Shown here piece by piece: positions 58,462-64,000 of a stretch of 64,000 nucleotides of DNA (positions within the stretch are counted from its first letter, which is position 1; every line of letters starts with the position of its first letter). Below the pieces are notes generated by a model. The model was not told the DNA's origin, did not search any database, and saw only the letters and a program-made list of their open reading frames with translations. A program made the translations under genes and the position numbers. Location of the stretch: assembly GCA_963921275.4 (NCBI GenBank), contig OZ001293.3, positions 1,504,001 to 1,568,000 on the forward strand. Reading direction: 5' to 3'. The stretch comes from an uncultured Hormoscilla sp. GTDB lineage: Bacteria > Cyanobacteriota > Cyanobacteriia > Cyanobacteriales > Desertifilaceae.

Positions 58462-60330
58462 TTATTCTCGACTGAGGCGAATTTCACGAGCTTTGTCTAA
58501 GCTAGCACTAGCCTCCTCCGGGCGATCGAGTGACTGCAACAGATGACCCCGAACCTCCCAAGCTTCATAGTAGTCAGGTTCAATTTCAATCGCTTTGTCT
58601 AAGCTAGCGATCGCCTCTTCTAACCTATCCAATTTTTCTAGAGCCTGACCCAGATCGTACCAAGCTTCTGGGAGGTTTGATTGCAATTTAATCGCTTTAT
58701 CAAAACTCTCGATCGCCTCTTCGTAGCGTTCCAACTCAAATAAAACCTCACCTCTGCTATACCAAGAAAGGTAAAAATCTGGTTTCAATTCTAGCACGCG
58801 ATCGAAGCTAGAGAGGGCCTCATCGTAGCGTTCTAAATCAAACAGAGTCTTGCCTCGATTGTACCAGGAATCTTGGTTATCTGGTTTATATTCAATGGCG
58901 CGATCGAAGCTAGACAGCGCCTCTTCATATCGGCTTAAATCGTATAGAGCAAAGCCACGATTGTGCCAGTAAAGGTAGTCCGAGGGATTAATTTCGGTAG
59001 CTTTATCCCAGCTAGCGATCGCCTCTTCGGGACGTGACAAATTAAACAAGGCCATGCCTCGGTTTAACCAAGCAGACTCGTCATCCTCTTGGCAAGCAAT
59101 GGCGCGATCGAAGCTAGAGAGTGCCTCATCGTAGCGTTCTAAATTAAACAGTGCTACGCCTCGGAATTTCCAGACTTGGCCGTCCGATGGTTTAATTTCC
59201 AGAACCTTGTCCCAGCTAGCGATCGCCTCATCCGGGCGTCCTAAATTAGTTAGCACGTAGCCCCGCATCTGCCAAGCTGCATGTAAGTTTGGTGAAAGGG
59301 CGATCGCCTTATCTAATCTCGCGATAGCCTCCGAGAAACGTCCCAAATTCGCCAGGGCCACCCCTCGGTTGTTCCAAGCATCAGGAAAATTAGGTTGAAT
59401 GGCGATCGCCTTCTCATAGCTAGCGATCGCCTTATCAAAGCGTCCTAAATTCATCAACGCCAAGCCCAGATTATTCCAAGCTTCTTGCTTGTCAGCTTTG
59501 ATCGCCAGGGCCCGCTCGTAGCTTGCGATCGCCTCTTGGTACTGTTCTAAATTCATCAGCGCCAAGCCCCTATTATACCATGCTTCGTCGTAGTCAGGTT
59601 GAATTTGACAAGTTTTTTCCCAACTAGCAATAGCAGCAGCCAAATCACCCGCATTATATTGTTTATTACCCTGATTGAACCAAGCAGTAGCTTCATCAGT
59701 AGCAGCAGGCTGTCGAGCGATTATTGTCTGAATAATTACTTGTGGATCTGTAGTTTCAATTCCTAGCTGCTGCGCCATTTGCGCAACTAAGTTGGAGTCT
59801 TGCTGCAACAGCACCAATAATTCATCCAGACTAATAGGTTTGGTCTCTGGTACAGTCGAATTAGCATCAGGTCCGTCATATTCCCAGATTTCAGCATCCT
59901 CCTGGTTTGGTCTAGACAGCTGCATCCCGATTTCATAAGCCGTCGCTCCAATTTGCTGGATAGAAGGGATAGCCCTCGTCTGGTCCCCCAGCTGCATCAT
60001 CCGCGCTGCCAACTGCTGATTCGGTGCCGGTGCGGCGTCCCCTGGGTAGTGCGAGTAGCGCTCCCAGGGGACGCCGCACGCCAGGAGCTTTTCTCCAAAG
60101 CGCCCCAGCCATTCTACCCATTGCTCCGGCTTGCCCCGGTCCGACAGCTTCTCAAAAAACTGTAATATGCGATCGGGCTGCCAGCCCCGTGCCACCCCTT
60201 CTAGCAACTGCTCGAACAAAAATTCATAATCAGCATCCGTCAGGGGCGGGGACTCTCCAGGGGATTTTGTGGACTCTCCGGACTGGTTGGTGTCGTCCCC
60301 GTCAAACAACCGCTGCCATAATTTAATCAT
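58462..60330 (-). CDS. Tetratricopeptide repeat protein
   Basis: Multiple AWxNRG.AL..L.RY.EA..S.D.A 34-aa repeats. Confidence 0.93.
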   Translation of the reverse strand: MIKLWQRLFDGDDTNQSGESTKSPGESPPLTDADYEFLFEQLLEGVARGWQPDRILQFFEKLSDRGKPEQWVEWLGRFGEKLLACGVPWERYSHYPGDAAPAPNQQLAARMMQLGDQTRAIPSIQQIGATAYEIGMQLSRPNQEDAEIWEYDGPDANSTVPETKPISLDELLVLLQQDSNLVAQMAQQLGIETTDPQVIIQTIIARQPAATDEATAWFNQGNKQYNAGDLAAAIASWEKTCQIQPDYDEAWYNRGLALMNLEQYQEAIASYERALAIKADKQEAWNNLGLALMNLGRFDKAIASYEKAIAIQPNFPDAWNNRGVALANLGRFSEAIARLDKAIALSPNLHAAWQMRGYVLTNLGRPDEAIASWDKVLEIKPSDGQVWKFRGVALFNLERYDEALSSFDRAIACQEDDESAWLNRGMALFNLSRPEEAIASWDKATEINPSDYLYWHNRGFALYDLSRYEEALSSFDRAIEYKPDNQDSWYNRGKTLFDLERYDEALSSFDRVLELKPDFYLSWYSRGEVLFELERYEEAIESFDKAIKLQSNLPEAWYDLGQALEKLDRLEEAIASLDKAIEIEPDYYEAWEVRGHLLQSLDRPEEASASLDKAREIRLSRE

Positions 60331-60461
60331 TTGCCCTCCTAGAACTCATTGCTCCTTAATTTTAAGCGCGAGCACGATAACGAAAGATGAGCAGTCACAT
60401 ATAAAATAAGATAAGATACAATTCATTGTATGAACCAGATTTGATTGACAGAATATAAGTT

Positions 60462-61823
60462 ATGGCACTGCCTATAGTAGCGATTATTGGACGCCCGAAT
60501 GTAGGAAAGTCCGCGATGGTGAATCGTCTGGCGGGCAATCAGCAGGCGATCGTACATGACGAACCGGGAATAACCCGCGATCGCACCTATCGGACCGCCT
60601 TCTGGCAAGACCGGGAATTTCAGGTGGTGGACACTGGCGGCTTAGTATTTGACGATGATACCGAATTTTTGCCTCTGATCCGAGAACAGGCAATGGCAGC
60701 ATTAGCAGAAGCAAGTGCGGCCCTGTTCGTCGTGGACGGACAAGCTGGACCAACCCCAGCAGACGCCGAAATTGCCCAATGGCTGCGCCAACAATCGGTA
60801 CCAGTGCTGCTAGCGGTGAATAAATGCGAATCGGTAGAACAAGGACCGATCCAGGCGACCCAATTTTGGGAACTAGGTCTAGGGGAACCCTTCCCCCTGT
60901 CCGCCATTCACGGCAACGGTACCGGGGAATTGCTGGACGAGTTGATCTCTCACTTGCCTCTGGTATCAGAAATTCCAGACATCCAGGAAACCAAAGTCGC
61001 GATCGTCGGACGCCCGAATGTCGGCAAATCCAGTTTATTGAACGCCTTTCTGGGGGAAAAACGGGCCATTGTCAGTCCCATATCAGGCACTACCCGGGAT
61101 GCCATTGATACTGTAGTAGAACGGGATGGGAAAAGATACCGATTAATTGACACCGCAGGGATTAGAAAAAAGAAAAACGTCGAGTACGGTGCAGAATTCT
61201 TTGGCATCAATCGTGCCTTCAAAGCTATTCGGCGCTCGGATGTGGTATTGTTGGTAATCGATGTTATAGATGGCATCACCGAGCAAGACCAAAAACTAGC
61301 CAGTCGCATCGCCGACGAGGGACGGGCATGCGCGATCGTGGTCAATAAATGGGATGCGATCGAGAAAGACTCCTACACGCTCTTCGATTATCAGAGACAT
61401 GTCAAAGACCGGCTATATTTTCTCGATTGGGCAGAAAGCATTTTTGTCAGCGCCATCACGGGTCAGCGAGTCAAAAAGATTCTGGATCTGGTGGACAAAG
61501 CGGCAGAACAGCACCAGCGGCGGGTGAGCACCTCTGTAATTAATGAAGTGCTACAGGAAGCTATCAGTTGGCACTCTCCCCCAACCAACCGACAAGGACG
61601 ACAGGGCAAAATCTATTATGGCACTCAAGTCAGGAGTCAGCCACCGACGATCGCCCTATTTGTGAATGACCCCAAACGCTTTAACGAAAACTACCGGCGG
61701 TACATAGAGGGTCAGTTACGGCAAAATCTGGGCTTTACCGGGACACCAATACGCTTGTTGTGGCGGGGCAAAAAAGCAAGGGATGTCGAAGATGTGACCG
61801 TCAACAGAGCCGTCCGCGTATAA
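60462..61823 (+). CDS. der: Ribosome biogenesis GTPase Der (EngA)
   Basis: Two GRPNVGKS G-domains; DTGG/DTAG and NKCE/NKWD motifs. Confidence 0.98.
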   Translation: MALPIVAIIGRPNVGKSAMVNRLAGNQQAIVHDEPGITRDRTYRTAFWQDREFQVVDTGGLVFDDDTEFLPLIREQAMAALAEASAALFVVDGQAGPTPADAEIAQWLRQQSVPVLLAVNKCESVEQGPIQATQFWELGLGEPFPLSAIHGNGTGELLDELISHLPLVSEIPDIQETKVAIVGRPNVGKSSLLNAFLGEKRAIVSPISGTTRDAIDTVVERDGKRYRLIDTAGIRKKKNVEYGAEFFGINRAFKAIRRSDVVLLVIDVIDGITEQDQKLASRIADEGRACAIVVNKWDAIEKDSYTLFDYQRHVKDRLYFLDWAESIFVSAITGQRVKKILDLVDKAAEQHQRRVSTSVINEVLQEAISWHSPPTNRQGRQGKIYYGTQVRSQPPTIALFVNDPKRFNENYRRYIEGQLRQNLGFTGTPIRLLWRGKKARDVEDVTVNRAVRV

Positions 61824-62045
61824 GCTATGGTAAACGGGGAGCATCCATATTTGCCAAAATAGCCTCCGGGGATCTCGCGCAGTGCCCGACAGGGCATGCA
61901 TTCGGGCGAAAAAATTATGACATAAATCGACAAATAAACGATTCCGTTTGCTTCGCCCGCCGCGTCGTGAGATGCACCTTCAGTGGCTCATACTTGTAGA
62001 GAACTACCCCATTTTATAAATGGGCTCTGATTTATGCTAGCTATA

Positions 62046-62196
62046 ACCTAAGTTGCTACCTATAGAAAATCAAGGTCAAAAGCAACCAAAATCATCCCAT
62101 ATCGCCTTGTAATTTACCAAAATGGCATTTTGGTGGATTCAATTGCCAAAAATGGCTGTTTCGGACGGAGAAATTTTTATAGGTAGCAACTTGAGT
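62046..62196. mobile_element. 151-bp MITE with IS982 ends
   Basis: Ends ACCTAAGTTGCTACCTAT and ATAGGTAGCAACTTGAGT; 8-bp TSD TAGCTATA. Confidence 0.9.
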
Positions 62197-62238
62197 TAGC
62201 TATAATATAAATTATTATCTGCTGAAGTGGTGCGAGTT

Positions 62239-62748
62239 ATGGCAAACAGGTCAAATATAAAAATAATTGTAGGTGCAGGAGCTACCATCATCGCGGCTCT
62301 AATACCGCTGATATGGAATCAGTGGATAAAGCAGAAGCTGTCTAGTCTTGAAAAGGTTTATCAGATAAAAGATCAATTTGTGCTCCGATGTAATAGTCAA
62401 GGTCAGACTTGTGACAAAATATACGAACGAGAAATCCCTACCAGTGGAACGATCGAAATAGAGTATCGGGTTCCTTCAATCCCCGGCTCCACCCACTGCT
62501 CACCTATTAAAGTCACTTTCTTGCTGAACGGGAAACAATTTTACACGAGTTCAATCTTGGGTTGGTCGAATGCGCCCGATGAGTTCTCGCAGTGGCCACT
62601 AACCACGAACTTGATTTCAGCGCCAGAAGCACCGTCGGGCAATAATATGATTGGTATCCGGGCGACGGGAGAGCCGTTTGGGTGTAACAAGGGACGTCTT
62701 TCGGGCTGGGGAGGAGATGTGCGAATCCAGTATTCGCTACCTGATTAA
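62239..62748 (+). CDS. Hypothetical membrane-anchored protein with a Cys-containing beta-rich domain
   Basis: N-terminal TM helix, four Cys, intact ORF. Confidence 0.7.
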   Translation: MANRSNIKIIVGAGATIIAALIPLIWNQWIKQKLSSLEKVYQIKDQFVLRCNSQGQTCDKIYEREIPTSGTIEIEYRVPSIPGSTHCSPIKVTFLLNGKQFYTSSILGWSNAPDEFSQWPLTTNLISAPEAPSGNNMIGIRATGEPFGCNKGRLSGWGGDVRIQYSLPD

Positions 62749-62846
62749 TTAAGGTCAATCATGGGGCTCATTAATCGCCAGTCACCAGTCCCCATTCCCC
62801 AGTCCCCATTCACAAATCACCAGTCACCATTCAAAAATCTTAGTCA

Positions 62847-63737
62847 ATGGACTTACTGCGTAGTCTCCCGATCGGGCTATATCTCGAACAACCGGTTACC
62901 TGGCTGCACCGGATAGACCCCAGAGTGAAACTCGGCTGGTTGCTGAGCTTTCTACTGGCTCCAATTTTAGCGAGCACGGAGTTTAGAATCATACTGGTGG
63001 TGCTGCTGATGCTGCTGACCCTGACAGCGTCAATACCTTGGCGGGTGTGGCGTCAGCAGTCAGGTTGGCTGCTACTATTAGCCGTGTTTGTGGTCATCAT
63101 CACCGCGATCGCTGGGGATGGACTGGTAATCCCATCTCAACCCCGCCTCCCGGCCAACGATGTAGTTTATCCCCAGCCTACCGACTACCACTATATCTTG
63201 TTAGACCTGGATCTGAAGCTATTCGCGATCGAAGTTACCCGCCGCTCCTTGGATCTGGGCCTGCGAGTTGCTACCTTAATCTTTACAGTCATCTACAGTA
63301 CCAACCTGTATCTGCTGACCACGGCCCCAGAGGAAATAACAGCCGGTCTTGAGGACCTGATGGCACCCCTGAAGCGGGTGAAGGTGCCAGTAACGGAAAT
63401 AGCCCTCACCTTGACCCTGTCCCTCAGATTTATCTCCCTAGTGCTCGAAGAAGTACAGAATTTAGTTCGCTCTGTACAGACACGAGCCATCAACTGGAAA
63501 AAGCTCGGTCTCAAGCGTAGTGCTCGGGTTTGGTTGATAGTAGCCCAGCGGCTGCTGGAAAATCTGCTATTGCGGGCGGACCAAATTGCCAGTGCCATGA
63601 CAGTGCGCGGCTTTACCAGTCCCGATCGACATCGGGTACAGTGGCACCAGCTTCGCTTAAAATGGGGTGATTGGCTAGTGTTAGTTCTGTTGGCTATACT
63701 TTGGGTCACTCGCTTAATCTGGGGCACTCAGGCTTGA
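62847..63737 (+). CDS. Energy-coupling factor transmembrane component (CbiQ/EcfT family)
   Basis: LHRIDPRVKL, LSLRFI, SVQTR and AMTVRGF motifs. Confidence 0.92.
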   Translation: MDLLRSLPIGLYLEQPVTWLHRIDPRVKLGWLLSFLLAPILASTEFRIILVVLLMLLTLTASIPWRVWRQQSGWLLLLAVFVVIITAIAGDGLVIPSQPRLPANDVVYPQPTDYHYILLDLDLKLFAIEVTRRSLDLGLRVATLIFTVIYSTNLYLLTTAPEEITAGLEDLMAPLKRVKVPVTEIALTLTLSLRFISLVLEEVQNLVRSVQTRAINWKKLGLKRSARVWLIVAQRLLENLLLRADQIASAMTVRGFTSPDRHRVQWHQLRLKWGDWLVLVLLAILWVTRLIWGTQA

Positions 63738-63826
63738 TGACAGTGTTGCAGACAAGCCTAGGGCAGGCCAGGGACAGCAGGTCGATCTGTCTGTTTTCAT
63801 TGATTGTCCTCCCTTCCTGAACTTGA

Positions 63827-64000
63827 ATGTCGGAAAATTACCTAAATCATCCCACTTTTGGTCTACTTTTCAGAATATGTGTAGTGGAAGCAGGTGGGGA
63901 ATTGTTTACAACACTCTATGCTCAACGCCTGTTCTTTGTGGTCACGAACAGTCCAGATGGGCTAAAATTCGATCCAGTCAGTCGCAACGAGGCTCGCATT
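63827..64000 (+). CDS. pipX: PII-interacting protein X (runs off the window)
   Basis: MSENYLNHPTFGLLFRIC...LFTTLYAQRLFFVV; downstream of der. Confidence 0.93.
   Translation, partial: MSENYLNHPTFGLLFRICVVEAGGELFTTLYAQRLFFVVTNSPDGLKFDPVSRNEARI

Overview
Cyanobacterial chromosomal window. Evidence: very frequent HIP1 octamer GCGATCGC, ndhL, pmgA, pipX and trnL-UAA with its group I intron. Intact housekeeping genes (trpA, asnS, der, ecfT, M20 amidohydrolase) sit among many pseudogenes and IS982, IS5, IS630, ISAzo13, ISAs1 and ISKra4-type elements and MITEs. Main observations: (1) an AT-rich putative RiPP cluster at 26.3-29.5 kb. It has two precursors with near-identical acidic leaders and different Trp-containing cores, a ComQ-like/class I isoprenoid-synthase-fold enzyme and an RRE-like domain fused to an M50 membrane peptidase. 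(2) Four related ORF-less group II introns, two of them nested as a twintron. Each has EBS1/EBS2 loops matching its own insertion site, and the 3' ends appear to carry one extra pyrimidine. (3) An unexplained tandem array of about 200-nt structured non-coding repeats at 14.05-14.5 kb. (4) Small GC-rich palindromes inserted in frame into genes. All family assignments come from motif recognition by eye, not from database searches.
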